From a virus (taxonomy: Duplodnaviria > Caudoviricetes): a stretch of DNA of 64,000 nucleotides. Both the position numbers and the translations under genes were made by a program. Location: the IMG/VR virus record IMGVR_UViG_3300042543_000618, positions 1 to 64,000 of that record. The stretch is one strand, 5' to 3'. Under the pieces are notes generated by a model. The model ran no database searches and had not been told where the DNA came from. It was given only the letters and a program-made list of their open reading frames with translations. The stretch's first letter is position 1, and each line of letters starts with the position of its first letter. Below are positions 27,802 to 37,721 of this stretch, one piece after another.

Positions 27802-29165
27802 TAGGCAACCTCCTTCCAGGTGCGTTGGATGACTATGCCGGTGCTACCGGTCGTCCCGGCGGTAGCACCTCCCCCATTGGTGCCGCCATTGCCACCATAG
27901 CCAGCGCCGAAGCCACCACCAGGAGATCCGCCGGGGCCAGAACCGCTACCACCGGTGCCGCCACTTGCGCTAATAGTCGCGCCGCCTTGGTAATTGATTG
28001 TTGGTGCGGTCAGAAATATCCATCCGCCACCGCCACCGCCACCGCCACTGAGTGGCCATGATGCTTCGGCTGTTCGCGCCCCAGTGCCGCCATTACCTCC
28101 CCTGACGGTGATAATCGCGGTGCCGGTATAGCCATTCTGGTTTAAGGTGATTGTAACTAGGCTGGATAGGCTAACCAGTCCACCGCTGCCTCCGCCTCCG
28201 CCTGATGCCACACCTGTGCTGCCAGTGGTTCCGGTTACCGCTCCATTGGTGCCGTTACCGCCATCGGCTGCAATGCAAGGATTGCTTTCATTCTGGGTGA
28301 GCGCGATCGCCCCTGCCGCTTCGATAATCAATCCACCACCGCCGTCGCCGCCGTAGCCTGCCCGCAGGTCATTCTGTCCAGTGCCGCTGATATAGCCTGC
28401 TGTGCCACCACTGCCGAAAAGTTGGGCGCTTGGTGGATAGCTGGTGCCAGCTAGCCCGTAGGCACTTCCTGCTGCTGCAGGTCGTTGGCCGCCAATGCCA
28501 AAGCCAGGTTCGCCGCCCAAGGGGCCAATTGGCGAGTTGACGTAGAATAACCCTACCCCTCCGGGCGCTGCTGTAGTGACCGTTATTTTGCCATTGATGG
28601 TAACGGTGCCAGTGCAATGAATTCGAGCAAATTTGTTGACGGTGACGGTGTGGCCCGCATTGATAGTTAAGTTCCTGTAAAAGTATGTACCCTCGTTAAG
28701 GGTCACATTTCCAGTAGTACTAAAGTCTGTATTGGTCCCTCGGGCATTGCCACCAAACAACCTCACCCGATCGCTGACCGCCCAAGTGCCTGCCCCAGTC
28801 CGCTCGATGGGTCCGGTGGTTGAGATGGCGGCGATCGCATCCAGGTCCGCATCCCAGGCTTGAACATTAGAGCCAATGGTTAACCCCAGTGCGGTTCGTT
28901 GGGCGGCGGCATCAGCGGCCCCTGTCACCGCCTCCCCGGCATTGGTGAGGGGGAAGGTGGTCCAAGTATTAGCGCCGGTGCGCTTGATACCCCCGGTGGT
29001 AGTGATAGCCGCAACGGCGGCGAGGTCCGCGTCATAGGCTTGAACGGTAGAGCCGATCGCGCCGGGTTGGAGGGCACTATCGGCCAGCGTCCCCTGGGCT
29101 TTGCTGGCAAAGTAGCGCCGTAGTTCTTGCAGGATTAGGGGAATATCCCCAAAGTTAAACGCCAT
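27801..29165 (-). CDS. Tail fibre protein with Gly-rich C-terminal domain
   Basis: Two VQA[YW]DADL.A.AA..TTG...RTGA.TW repeats; GGGGGSGG tracts. Confidence 0.75.
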   Translation of the reverse strand: MAFNFGDIPLILQELRRYFASKAQGTLADSALQPGAIGSTVQAYDADLAAVAAITTTGGIKRTGANTWTTFPLTNAGEAVTGAADAAAQRTALGLTIGSNVQAWDADLDAIAAISTTGPIERTGAGTWAVSDRVRLFGGNARGTNTDFSTTGNVTLNEGTYFYRNLTINAGHTVTVNKFARIHCTGTVTINGKITVTTAAPGGVGLFYVNSPIGPLGGEPGFGIGGQRPAAAGSAYGLAGTSYPPSAQLFGSGGTAGYISGTGQNDLRAGYGGDGGGGLIIEAAGAIALTQNESNPCIAADGGNGTNGAVTGTTGSTGVASGGGGGSGGLVSLSSLVTITLNQNGYTGTAIITVRGGNGGTGARTAEASWPLSGGGGGGGGWIFLTAPTINYQGGATISASGGTGGSGSGPGGSPGGGFGAGYGGNGGTNGGGATAGTTGSTGIVIQRTWKEVA

Positions 29166-29167
29166 GG

Positions 29168-29548
29168 CTATACAGTCACTCGGGTGATAGAGGTCAGGTA
29201 ATAGTTGGGGGCACTACCGGCATAGGCGTAGGTGTCAGTCACCGTATGGCCCGCGCTGGTGCTGGTATAGACGACGGTGGCAATGCGTTGGTTGGCGGTG
29301 CCAGGGTCGTTGTAGGTGTAGGCGATCGCTAGGTCTTCAGCATTAAGGACAAGCTGGGCATCGTTGGCACCGGTTGCCGCGTTGAGGGTATCAACGCCGG
29401 TCTTGATATTGTTGAGGACCGTTAGCTGAGCTGGGATAAGTCGGACAAATTGTCCTTCGTCGAGCGACAAGGGAGCGACAACATCCACCTTGGACGCATC
29501 GTCCAGGACCAGCTTTTTGTAACCATTTTCGACAGTGTATGTGGCCAT
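29168..29548 (-). CDS. Virion structural protein
   Basis: Position in the tail module; beta-rich. Confidence 0.55.
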   Translation of the reverse strand: MATYTVENGYKKLVLDDASKVDVVAPLSLDEGQFVRLIPAQLTVLNNIKTGVDTLNAATGANDAQLVLNAEDLAIAYTYNDPGTANQRIATVVYTSTSAGHTVTDTYAYAGSAPNYYLTSITRVTV

Positions 29549-29559
29549 TAGTAATACCT

Positions 29560-31761
29560 TTAGTAATACCTAAAAACATCAATCCCGGCATAGCCAGTGC
29601 TATCGGTGCTTGCCGCTAGGCTGTTGCCGCTACCGTTGAAGGTAAGCACCAAAAACCGATGGTCGCCGTCCTTTTCTAACCCGCAAAAGATCACCAGTTG
29701 ATATGCCTTGCTATTGCTAAGGGTTGGCTTAAATACCCCGATCGCAGTGCCGCTGGCAGTTAGGGTTGCCGCCATGGATCGCGGGTAGGTGGCAACTAGG
29801 TTGGTGACGCTTACCACCTGCCCGGGGCGTAGCCCAGCTAAACCTGCCTCTGGCGTAGAGACAGGGAAAACAACAAAAGGCGCATTGCGGCTAAATAGCC
29901 CACCCAGGTTAATTTCAGCATTGAGGGTATGGTCTGCCACTGCCAGCGCTTCACTATTGCGCGGCAACCGCCACGCGACACAATGGCCCAGCACTTCGCC
30001 GTCCGGCAATGGGCGGCTAGGGGGGTTAAAGGTAGTGCCACCGCCAAGCGAGTGGGCGATCGCGATCGGGGCTGTCGTCACCCGCGCCCCATTTAGCCAA
30101 GTGCGATCTAAGGTACCGGCATAGGCGGGAGACTTTAGCTGAAATTGCCACTGTTCGCCGGCGGGCGGTGCATGGTAGCACAGGATAGAGTATTCGCTGT
30201 TATTGGCAAGCCCGGTGATGACCGGCGCATCCTGGCGCGTCGTGGGGGCATTGGTGCCACTAATCCAGGCGATCTCACCCCGGGCGGTACTGGGTAGGGT
30301 GACGATACCAGAGCCACTGGAGGTAACTGTAAATTTGCGGTAAATCCACTGAATAGCCGCATTATTGCGGTTCATTACCACGATGTAGCTTTCCGCCGCT
30401 GCTGGGTTGGTATAGCCCGCGATGTCTGACTCCCGCACGTTGGCAGGGCTCAGGGCGGTGCCATTTAGGTAGACTTTTTCGATTGCCCCACAGACGGGCA
30501 ACCCTGAACCCGCCGGGTAGGAGATGGCGGGGGCTAGGTAAAGCGTTGTGCCGACCGCAGGCGCACCGGCTGTCGTTGCCGTCCAGGTCAGCGCACCGGT
30601 GCCACCACCGCCGCTAAAGCTACCATTGGCGCTGATATTAGCGCCGGTGCCATCAAAGATGGCATGGCCGCTACTGGCAAAGGTGGCCCCAGTGGGTGAA
30701 TTGCCAGCAAAGTTAATGGTCGCCCGGGCCTTAGCTGGGCTGCTGCCATCACTGGTCGTGGTTAGCGCGATCGCGTAGGTGGTCTGAGTGATCGCCTCAT
30801 TGGTGAAGGTAATGCGCTGCTCATTGGCCAGCATCGTCGAGCCATTGGGGGAGGTGGTTGCCACCCCTGGCGCTGCCGTATTGCTGCCTACCTGCCCATT
30901 GAGCAGGTTATAAACACCTCTCACCTGGGTTGGTGCGTTCTGCAATGGTTCACCGCGCATCAGCCGGTAAACGCTTTCTTGCAGGCGATCGCGCCAATTG
31001 TCCCACCCGTCGCCCACGTACCGATAGGTGGGCTGTAAGTGAATGTCTGCCTCGAGCGGTTGCTCCGTTGGCCCCCACTGCCAGCCATCAAGGGTGGTTC
31101 CCCGCAGCCGCCATACCCGCAGCAGGTTAATTACCTCCGGCGTGCCATTGATGGCGTAGGTGGTGCCATCTGTCAACGTCGTGTCGCTCAAGTAGAGGCG
31201 ACTGGTGCCATAGACCAAGGGCGTTGAGGTGGAGACGGCAATGCTGTTGCCAATAGTGGCAGCGATCGCGGCTGCACTCATCTCCCCCTGGGACACCCAA
31301 ATGCCATAGACAGAACGCAGCCGCGCCGTATTTTCACGGGTAACTGATTGCAATAGGTTGCCGCTACGCCATTGAAACGTAAGTGCTACGTTGGCATCTT
31401 GGGCGGTCCCCACCTGTACCGCCATGGCGACTAGGTAAAGGTAGTCGTAGCGGCTAACAACAGCGCCACTGGGTAAGGGTGGCAGTTCTACCGATGTTGA
31501 CGGGATACTCGTTAACCCAGGGTGGCTATGGAGCCAGGGCGACAGGGAGGATAGGGTTACCGTCTGGCTGCCACCGGTGAAGGTGGGACGGTTCAACAAC
31601 CCGCTGGGGCGCGATCGCCGGGTAGCACTGACATGGCCGCGCATCACATCCTCGGTTGCCGCTAACTCTTCGGCGGTCGGTATCCGGCTATCGGTGTCAG
31701 ACTGCTGCCCCAGCCAGAGGATCGCTAGATCCCGGGCATGACGGTAAACATTCAGGCTCAC
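29560..31761 (-). CDS. Baseplate/tail structural protein
   Basis: 733 aa Thr/Ser/Gly-rich; downstream of the baseplate wedge. Confidence 0.6.
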   Translation of the reverse strand: MSLNVYRHARDLAILWLGQQSDTDSRIPTAEELAATEDVMRGHVSATRRSRPSGLLNRPTFTGGSQTVTLSSLSPWLHSHPGLTSIPSTSVELPPLPSGAVVSRYDYLYLVAMAVQVGTAQDANVALTFQWRSGNLLQSVTRENTARLRSVYGIWVSQGEMSAAAIAATIGNSIAVSTSTPLVYGTSRLYLSDTTLTDGTTYAINGTPEVINLLRVWRLRGTTLDGWQWGPTEQPLEADIHLQPTYRYVGDGWDNWRDRLQESVYRLMRGEPLQNAPTQVRGVYNLLNGQVGSNTAAPGVATTSPNGSTMLANEQRITFTNEAITQTTYAIALTTTSDGSSPAKARATINFAGNSPTGATFASSGHAIFDGTGANISANGSFSGGGGTGALTWTATTAGAPAVGTTLYLAPAISYPAGSGLPVCGAIEKVYLNGTALSPANVRESDIAGYTNPAAAESYIVVMNRNNAAIQWIYRKFTVTSSGSGIVTLPSTARGEIAWISGTNAPTTRQDAPVITGLANNSEYSILCYHAPPAGEQWQFQLKSPAYAGTLDRTWLNGARVTTAPIAIAHSLGGGTTFNPPSRPLPDGEVLGHCVAWRLPRNSEALAVADHTLNAEINLGGLFSRNAPFVVFPVSTPEAGLAGLRPGQVVSVTNLVATYPRSMAATLTASGTAIGVFKPTLSNSKAYQLVIFCGLEKDGDHRFLVLTFNGSGNSLAASTDSTGYAGIDVFRYY

Positions 31762-33242
31762 GGGCTATACTCCAGCAACAATAAAAAGGCTGTATTCACA
31801 TCAGGCGGCACCACCACGTCAACGGTGCGGTAATGAATGCTGCTACGGCTAGGTAGGTTGGGCGTCAAGGCGTCATTATCCTCGCCTGCTGTCAGAAACC
31901 ATTGATTTTCAAGCGATACCCGCCATTCGTTTGCACTGCTCGGCAAACTCCAGTCCAGCACTGCGTCATAGTTGGTTTGGTCGTAGCCTAGAAGTAGCTC
32001 TAACTGCCGGATCGTTGTCCCGGTGCTGGTCTTGGGCAATAGAAATTCCAGCATTAGGTAACGGACACCCGCCTCGATGATTGGTGTCGGCGATCGCTCT
32101 TCCACGTCGCCATCAGTCCACCATTGCCCCGCCAGGGGTAGGGTAGCGATCGGGTTGGTGATGACGGTCGCTAATGCTTGGCTATTGCCTAGCGCCAACC
32201 GCCATGGCCCGTAGCCTAGCAGTTCATCAGCGCTGTCATCTGGAAAGGGAGGTGTCGGTAGGGTGATGGTGTCAGCCACCAAATGGGAACAATCGTTATC
32301 CTCACCCACATAGAAAAAGGGTTGGCCTGGTTGTTGGGTATAGGCTAGGTTGCGCCATAGCTCCGCCAGCCGCAGGCTATGGTTATTCCAATTGGTACGG
32401 CAAATGAAGCCCAGCACATTACGAGAAAATGGGCTGCTGCTGATGGCGGTCGGGGTGAGCGCGATCGCGGTGATGGTCGTTGGTAGGTCGTAGCTATCGG
32501 CACTGACGGGTAGGTCCAGGGCATCGGCACTGGCCGGTAGGCTATAGGTGCCTAGCGAAACGCCCACCAATTGCTCTAGCAATAGGTCGGTATCAATTAA
32601 GCGTAGTTCATTGATAAAGGCGGGACGCTGCCAAAAGGGCGCTAATAGGTCCGTGGAGGTGGGGAAACGGGTGTAGTAGTCCCATGGGGGCAGGGCGACT
32701 GTCTCAAGCCCCTGGGCGGTTATAGATGCTTTGTAGTTAATGCCATTGGCAACCCATTTGGTAAATAGGTCTTCCAACCACCACCAATCAATGTCAAACC
32801 ATGGATCGGTGGTATCAACGACCAGGGTTAGTTCACCGTAGCGGCTCTTTGAAAAGGCCGTCTCTAGTCGTAGTTCATTGGCGGATAGCCCGCTAAAGTT
32901 GGTTAGCGATAGCTGTAAGCCCTGGCGGGTATTGCGAGACTGGCTAAATTCAAAGCGGTATCGGGTGCGGGCTTGGGCGTCACTCTCTGCACTACGGCGG
33001 TTTAGCCCTAGCCCTAGCAGGTGTAGCGATAGCCAAAAGCCTTCTGCCGTTTGCGGTATCGCCATCGATCGCGCTGAGTCGATGGACTCCCGGGCGCCCG
33101 CGATCGCGCCACACAATGCCCATACCACTGGGTATAGGGGTCCCTGTCGCTGGTGCAATTGCCGAAACCAGGTGGGCGGTAGGTGCCGCTCAAATTCCTG
33201 GAAGGCGTCTAGTTGGTAGGCAGGGTTAACAGGGGTTGCCAT
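31758..33242 (-). CDS. Baseplate wedge protein (P2 gpI-like)
   Basis: TA.GFWL....GL.RR..ESD...R.R motif. Confidence 0.65.
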   Translation of the reverse strand: MATPVNPAYQLDAFQEFERHLPPTWFRQLHQRQGPLYPVVWALCGAIAGARESIDSARSMAIPQTAEGFWLSLHLLGLGLNRRSAESDAQARTRYRFEFSQSRNTRQGLQLSLTNFSGLSANELRLETAFSKSRYGELTLVVDTTDPWFDIDWWWLEDLFTKWVANGINYKASITAQGLETVALPPWDYYTRFPTSTDLLAPFWQRPAFINELRLIDTDLLLEQLVGVSLGTYSLPASADALDLPVSADSYDLPTTITAIALTPTAISSSPFSRNVLGFICRTNWNNHSLRLAELWRNLAYTQQPGQPFFYVGEDNDCSHLVADTITLPTPPFPDDSADELLGYGPWRLALGNSQALATVITNPIATLPLAGQWWTDGDVEERSPTPIIEAGVRYLMLEFLLPKTSTGTTIRQLELLLGYDQTNYDAVLDWSLPSSANEWRVSLENQWFLTAGEDNDALTPNLPSRSSIHYRTVDVVVPPDVNTAFLLLLEYSP

Positions 33243-33271
33243 AAAAATGGGTTCCGCCAGTGACAGAACCC
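33243..33271 (-). terminator. Intrinsic terminator
   Basis: GGGTTCTGTCACTGGCGGAACCC-ATTTTT. Confidence 0.7.
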
Positions 33272-33611
33272 GAAGGAGATAAGGAGCGCAATTTACTGCC
33301 TATTTTAACGGGGTTCGCGGTGGTTAACCTTGAGAAGTTTTGCCGTCAATAATAGCGGGGGGAGTACGCAGCATTGAGGATCAAGGGATGCGATCTTGGC
33401 GTCCACCACATTGACCGCCCCTCCCGTTTGTAGCCGATAGTGTGTATCCCCTCTAGGGGGCACCGTCGCTAGGCTCGTTGTACCCTGCCCGGTTGGATCT
33501 TTAAGCGGTGTCTGGCTATCAGCGCTGACCGATGTAGATCTCGTTACTGCGTATCTCCCCCCGCCGGAAGCTTTGACTAGGGGGTAGCATCCCCTCGGCC
33601 CTTTCGGCCAT
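33243..33611 (-). ncRNA. Candidate structured ncRNA (~360 nt)
   Basis: Own consensus promoter, long-range stem 33355-33382/33537-33564, several hairpins, terminator. Confidence 0.62.
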
Positions 33612-33617
33612 GCCTTA

Positions 33618-33677
33618 AATATATCAACCCCTTTTCGTATTGTCAACACTTTTCGATAGCAATTTTTCAATAGGGTT
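33618..33677 (-). promoter_or_regulatory. Sigma70 promoter TTGACA-N17-TATATT (copy of 13811-13870)
   Basis: -35 at 33646-33641, -10 at 33623-33618. Confidence 0.78.
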
Positions 33678-34410
33678 AGGTATTGGCGCGATCGCGGTAC
33701 GCGCGATCGTTTTCGGCATCGAGTTTCATTTGCATTGCCATACGGTAGAGGCCGTTGGGCATACTTTCTAGGTGCTTGACAATATCTTGCGCTTCAGACA
33801 ATGAACGCCCTTTAGAAACCAGCATTGAAGTAAAATCTTCGCGAATCTTAGCTTCACGCTTTTCTTCCTCCCGCTGCATCCTTGTTTGCCCTTGAGCGTT
33901 AACTTTTAGGCGAACATCGTCAAATTTTTTGCCTGCTTTTTCTTTGGCTCTAGTAGCGCAAGTGGTCCCGAGAAAAACAAATTGGTCTCCACCTTCCCCC
34001 TGCCATTCCTGGGTGGTTTCAAAAACTACCGTTCGCCTTAGTCCTGATTTGCCGCAACAAGAGCAAGTGTCAACCTCGTCTGTAATCCCAACTTGAGCAG
34101 CCAAGGATCTAAATAAATTCTTGGTGGTTTTCTTCTCTGTGCCCTCAATGGTCTTTAAGGCATCTTCCTTTTTAATGACTGGGACGATCTCCTTTGGTTT
34201 GTCGGGCTTGTCCTCTCGTTCCCACCTGCTGTTGGCGTTAAGCCGATAGGTAATGCCGTTTTCTACCTTAGTGTCACCCTCGCTCGGTCCGTCAAATAGT
34301 CCTAGCTGTCCTGGCGACACTTGGCGGCGCCGTCCCGCCTTCCTCAAAACAATGCCGCTAGTGGTCACCACCGGGACGTAGGGCACCCCGGCAAGGGTAT
34401 AAATTTTCAT
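33676..34410 (-). CDS. Leader-bearing putative internal head protein with Zn-finger-like cargo
   Basis: MKIYTLAGVPYVPVVTTSGIVLRKAG...QLGLF...YRLNANSRWER; CSCCGK...GTTCA. Confidence 0.7.
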   Translation of the reverse strand: MKIYTLAGVPYVPVVTTSGIVLRKAGRRRQVSPGQLGLFDGPSEGDTKVENGITYRLNANSRWEREDKPDKPKEIVPVIKKEDALKTIEGTEKKTTKNLFRSLAAQVGITDEVDTCSCCGKSGLRRTVVFETTQEWQGEGGDQFVFLGTTCATRAKEKAGKKFDDVRLKVNAQGQTRMQREEEKREAKIREDFTSMLVSKGRSLSEAQDIVKHLESMPNGLYRMAMQMKLDAENDRAYRDRANT

Positions 34411-34413
34411 GGG

Positions 34414-35769
34414 TTAACCTCGTCTGATAACTTGCGCCGATGCCACCCGAATGATGTAGCCACGCTCCACCGTCACGTTGGTGGCAGGAGAAATTAGCAA
34501 TACCCCACCCGCACCAGGGACGCCTGCTAGGGCACCATAGAGCGCTTCTACCTCTAAGGTTTGGCCCATCCGCAGGGTGCCAACGTAGCTATTGACCGCA
34601 GCGGCTAGGGCGGCCTCCACGGTGCTGGCGGTGTAGCCAGGTTCCAGGGCATAGGACAGGATAAAGGCAACCCGGCTGGTGGTGGGGACGATCACATCAA
34701 CCCCAACCCCTGCCGCTACCCATTTGGTTTCTAGCTCCTGCACCGCTTGCCATACCACCCCCGCGTAGATCACCATCTCCAGGCTATTCAAGTTGCCGCC
34801 ATTTCCCCGGGCATAGAGGCGATTGTTGCTGGTGTCATAGAACCATCGGTAATTACCCTGGGAGACGGTCACCGCTGAGTCAGACGGGTTCCATTGCTCC
34901 CTGCCGTCGGTGGTTTGGCTAACCACACCAAAGCGCTTGCAGGGCCAGCCCGCCTCAATTAACCCCTGGGGCGTTTGACTGGTCACCACGTAATAGGTGC
35001 CGGGCAAGTCCGTCGTCTGCCAGGTGCCTGAGCGAAATAGGTCGCCGCCGCTGGCATCGGCTAGCACTCCTCGCACGTAGCCGGGTAGGTCCGATCGCCG
35101 CTCGGTAATAAAACTTACCACCGACGGGAATAACGCGGGCTGGCCCAGGATTGCCGCCTCGGTGGCTGGTATAGTGGCCCGGTGCAACATTGCTAAATGC
35201 TGGGGCACCCTGGCCTTAATCGACGCGTCCGCTTCCGGGTCGGCACCACCCACCGCCGGGTCCAGGTTCACCACATTATCGATACCCACAATCGGCGATC
35301 GCAGCGCGTTGATGCTGCCCCCAACCACATTACCCACCGTCCCTGGCTGGCTACAGGTGCAAATTACCAAGGTCGAGCTTTGAGCGATCGCCAGCGTTGC
35401 CGATGAATTGGTGGTAAAGACAAGCCCACCACTGGTTTGTACCGCCGTCCCCACAGGGATGGTAACCGCGGTTGTTGTCGCCCCGTAGCGTTCAAAGCGC
35501 ACCGCCGCCACCGCTGCAATGCCCGCATTGGCGCTCATGCCAAAGCCTGCTACCAATTGCCTGAGCCACTGCCCCTCACTGGTGGCTAGGATGCTCATCC
35601 GCAGCACGTGGGAGAGAAACCCATATAATCCCTCCATCGATAGGCTGAAGGCCACCAGGAGGCGCTTAAATAGCTTGCCGGTAAAGTTGGCACGCCATTG
35701 GGGTGGCAGGAAGGATAGCATCTGGTCCAATACTTCCTGCCAGGTGAGAAACCGTACATTGTCAGCCAT
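34414..35769 (-). CDS. Baseplate J-like wedge protein
   Basis: G.WL...G, C...G..GN, GGADPEAD..I..R, AT..A motifs. Confidence 0.88.
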   Translation of the reverse strand: MADNVRFLTWQEVLDQMLSFLPPQWRANFTGKLFKRLLVAFSLSMEGLYGFLSHVLRMSILATSEGQWLRQLVAGFGMSANAGIAAVAAVRFERYGATTTAVTIPVGTAVQTSGGLVFTTNSSATLAIAQSSTLVICTCSQPGTVGNVVGGSINALRSPIVGIDNVVNLDPAVGGADPEADASIKARVPQHLAMLHRATIPATEAAILGQPALFPSVVSFITERRSDLPGYVRGVLADASGGDLFRSGTWQTTDLPGTYYVVTSQTPQGLIEAGWPCKRFGVVSQTTDGREQWNPSDSAVTVSQGNYRWFYDTSNNRLYARGNGGNLNSLEMVIYAGVVWQAVQELETKWVAAGVGVDVIVPTTSRVAFILSYALEPGYTASTVEAALAAAVNSYVGTLRMGQTLEVEALYGALAGVPGAGGVLLISPATNVTVERGYIIRVASAQVIRRG

Positions 35770-35771
35770 AG

Positions 35772-36206
35772 CTATCCCATGAGTTGAAGGGCGATCGGTC
35801 CGAACTGAAATGCGGCACCGCTAAAGCCAAATACCTCTAGTAGTCCGTAGACGTAGATAGCATTAGGCGTCTGGAAGCTATAGTCGGTCTCCAGTTGTCG
35901 CACCCTAAAACGGGTTCTAAAGCTAGGGTGTTGGAGTGCATTGAGGGCCGCTAGTCGGGCCATCCCTAGGCTTACCCGTGGGTCAAAGTTGGTGCCAATT
36001 AACCCCCAGTCGATGCCGTAGGTCGGATCATCCACAAAGCTACCTTTGGGGGTCATAAATAGCCGCTCGATCTCCTCCCGCAGGCTCAGTACCCCCACCC
36101 GGTAGGCTAGGTCCGTCTCCGTGCTACTGGCGATCGCATCGGTTAGCCCGGGCGAAGCATCAAAGGCAATGTCGCTGCCAAAGATCGACTCAATTACATT
36201 AGCCAT
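35772..36206 (-). CDS. Baseplate wedge subunit (gp25/GPW-like sheath initiator)
   Basis: L.TPKGS...DPTYG. Confidence 0.75.
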   Translation of the reverse strand: MANVIESIFGSDIAFDASPGLTDAIASSTETDLAYRVGVLSLREEIERLFMTPKGSFVDDPTYGIDWGLIGTNFDPRVSLGMARLAALNALQHPSFRTRFRVRQLETDYSFQTPNAIYVYGLLEVFGFSGAAFQFGPIALQLMG

Positions 36207-36528
36207 CGACGGGTAGCTCCGGTAGGGTTAGCAACTGGCCAGGGGTGACAATGTACGGATAGCTAAGCCCATTCGCCGCCGCGATCGCAGTCCATCGGTC
36301 GGGGGAACCGTACACCTTAGCCGCGATCGTGGGGAGCGTTTCAAAGGTGCCTACCTCGTACTGGCGTACACCCTGGCGGGTTGGGCCAACGGTGGGCGAG
36401 ATGGGTAGGTTGATGCCTTCATCAAGGGCGACTACCTGCATGGTTAGCTGGTTTACGGCAGCCCGTTGCAAAGGTATATCGGCCATCAAGGCTTCCGGGG
36501 AATATTCGCTAGGGAGAAGGAGGGGCAT
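36199..36528 (-). CDS. LysM-domain baseplate protein (P2 gpX-like)
   Basis: ETL..IAAKVYGS..RW..IA.AN.L..P....PGQ.L.LP. Confidence 0.85.
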   Translation of the reverse strand: MPLLLPSEYSPEALMADIPLQRAAVNQLTMQVVALDEGINLPISPTVGPTRQGVRQYEVGTFETLPTIAAKVYGSPDRWTAIAAANGLSYPYIVTPGQLLTLPELPVDG

Positions 36529-37721
36529 TAGATTTTGACTCCCAAAATGCTAAGCGTCTGCACCGCTGCTGATAGCCCATCTACCGCGGCTGGCGACCAT
36601 GGCCCCACCTGCACCCCCGTCTGGCTCAGTACCGCCTGCACGGAGGCGGGGAGGGCCGGATAAACATTTTTTAGTTGCTCAGTCATATTTTGGGTGGCCT
36701 GAACACCTGAAAATTCAGAGCGCCAATAGAGCCGTTGCCCTAACTCAGGGTCATAGGCGCTCCAGCCCTGCTCCATGGCATTGGCAAGCATCTGGGTTTC
36801 CCCTAGTCCAACGGAGTCCATCACCGTATTGATTAAGGGCGTCACGATCGCGCCTACGTTGCCAGGCAGCAAGCCTAGGGTGGTTCGGATCAATGCTACC
36901 TGGGCGGCGGGGTTCAGGGGGAAGTCGGTACTTTTCTTAAGCGCCTCTTCTACCATTTTGCCCTTGTCGCCAATGGGCGCTTTGGTCGGCCCGATGCCGC
37001 CATCAGTCCATTCTTCGAGCGGTTGTACTGCGGTGCCTTCAGCCAGGGGTTGATCTACCTGCCAAAATTCATCCTTGAGGATCTTGCACCGAAAGTTAAA
37101 CCGAATGCGGTAAGGGTCTTGCACCGATTCATCCCAGGCAAAGCTAAGGATTTCAATGCGATAGCACCGGGGTATAAAGCGACTACCCTTGAGGGTCTTG
37201 GCGATGCTGCTCTTGTACTGCCGCTTTAGGTCCACCGCCTTTTGTAGTTGCGCCTGGGTTAGCCCGGGGTTGGTGGGCGGCGTTGGGTCAGTCCCTTGGG
37301 GGAGCCCTGCACCAATGCCGCCATCGGTCCATGGGCTACTGGGCGATGCGCCGTCAAACCAAAGCGTATCCTCGTCCGCCATGTCCATGAAGTAGGTATC
37401 CGCCGGGGAGCCATCCTCCTTGGGCGTGCCGTGGTTGCGCCATATCCATTCCAGCTTTTGTAACTCCTTGCGGTAGCCCGCGCCGGTGTCACATTCAATC
37501 GTCAGGTCCGGTAGCATCAACCCATTACGCTGCGGGTCTTCAGAGTACAGAATTTCTCTGAAGTACCCGCCCAGGGTATCAACTACTGAACCCTTACTTT
37601 GCTGTTGCACACGGATCGCCTGGGGGTTTACGCGAAAGTAAACGTCCTTGGTTTCCTTGCCAACGTGCCGAAAGAAAATATGGTTTGCCCTGGCATAACG
37701 GGCGCGATCGCTTTTACTCAC
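36528..37721 (-). CDS. Tail tube initiator-like baseplate protein
   Basis: F.VNPQ.I..Q.......T.GG motif; synteny. Confidence 0.55.
   Translation of the reverse strand: MSKSDRARYARANHIFFRHVGKETKDVYFRVNPQAIRVQQQSKGSVVDTLGGYFREILYSEDPQRNGLMLPDLTIECDTGAGYRKELQKLEWIWRNHGTPKEDGSPADTYFMDMADEDTLWFDGASPSSPWTDGGIGAGLPQGTDPTPPTNPGLTQAQLQKAVDLKRQYKSSIAKTLKGSRFIPRCYRIEILSFAWDESVQDPYRIRFNFRCKILKDEFWQVDQPLAEGTAVQPLEEWTDGGIGPTKAPIGDKGKMVEEALKKSTDFPLNPAAQVALIRTTLGLLPGNVGAIVTPLINTVMDSVGLGETQMLANAMEQGWSAYDPELGQRLYWRSEFSGVQATQNMTEQLKNVYPALPASVQAVLSQTGVQVGPWSPAAVDGLSAAVQTLSILGVKI

Noticed and set aside
27801-29165. Diversity-generating retroelement targeting the tail fibre
   Set aside because: No reverse transcriptase in the window and no adenine-only-mismatched TR/VR pair seen; the internal repeat is an ordinary fibre repeat
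33305-33670. 121-aa ORF as a real gene
   Set aside because: Starts upstream of the promoter, has no RBS and an atypical composition; RNA structure explains the region better
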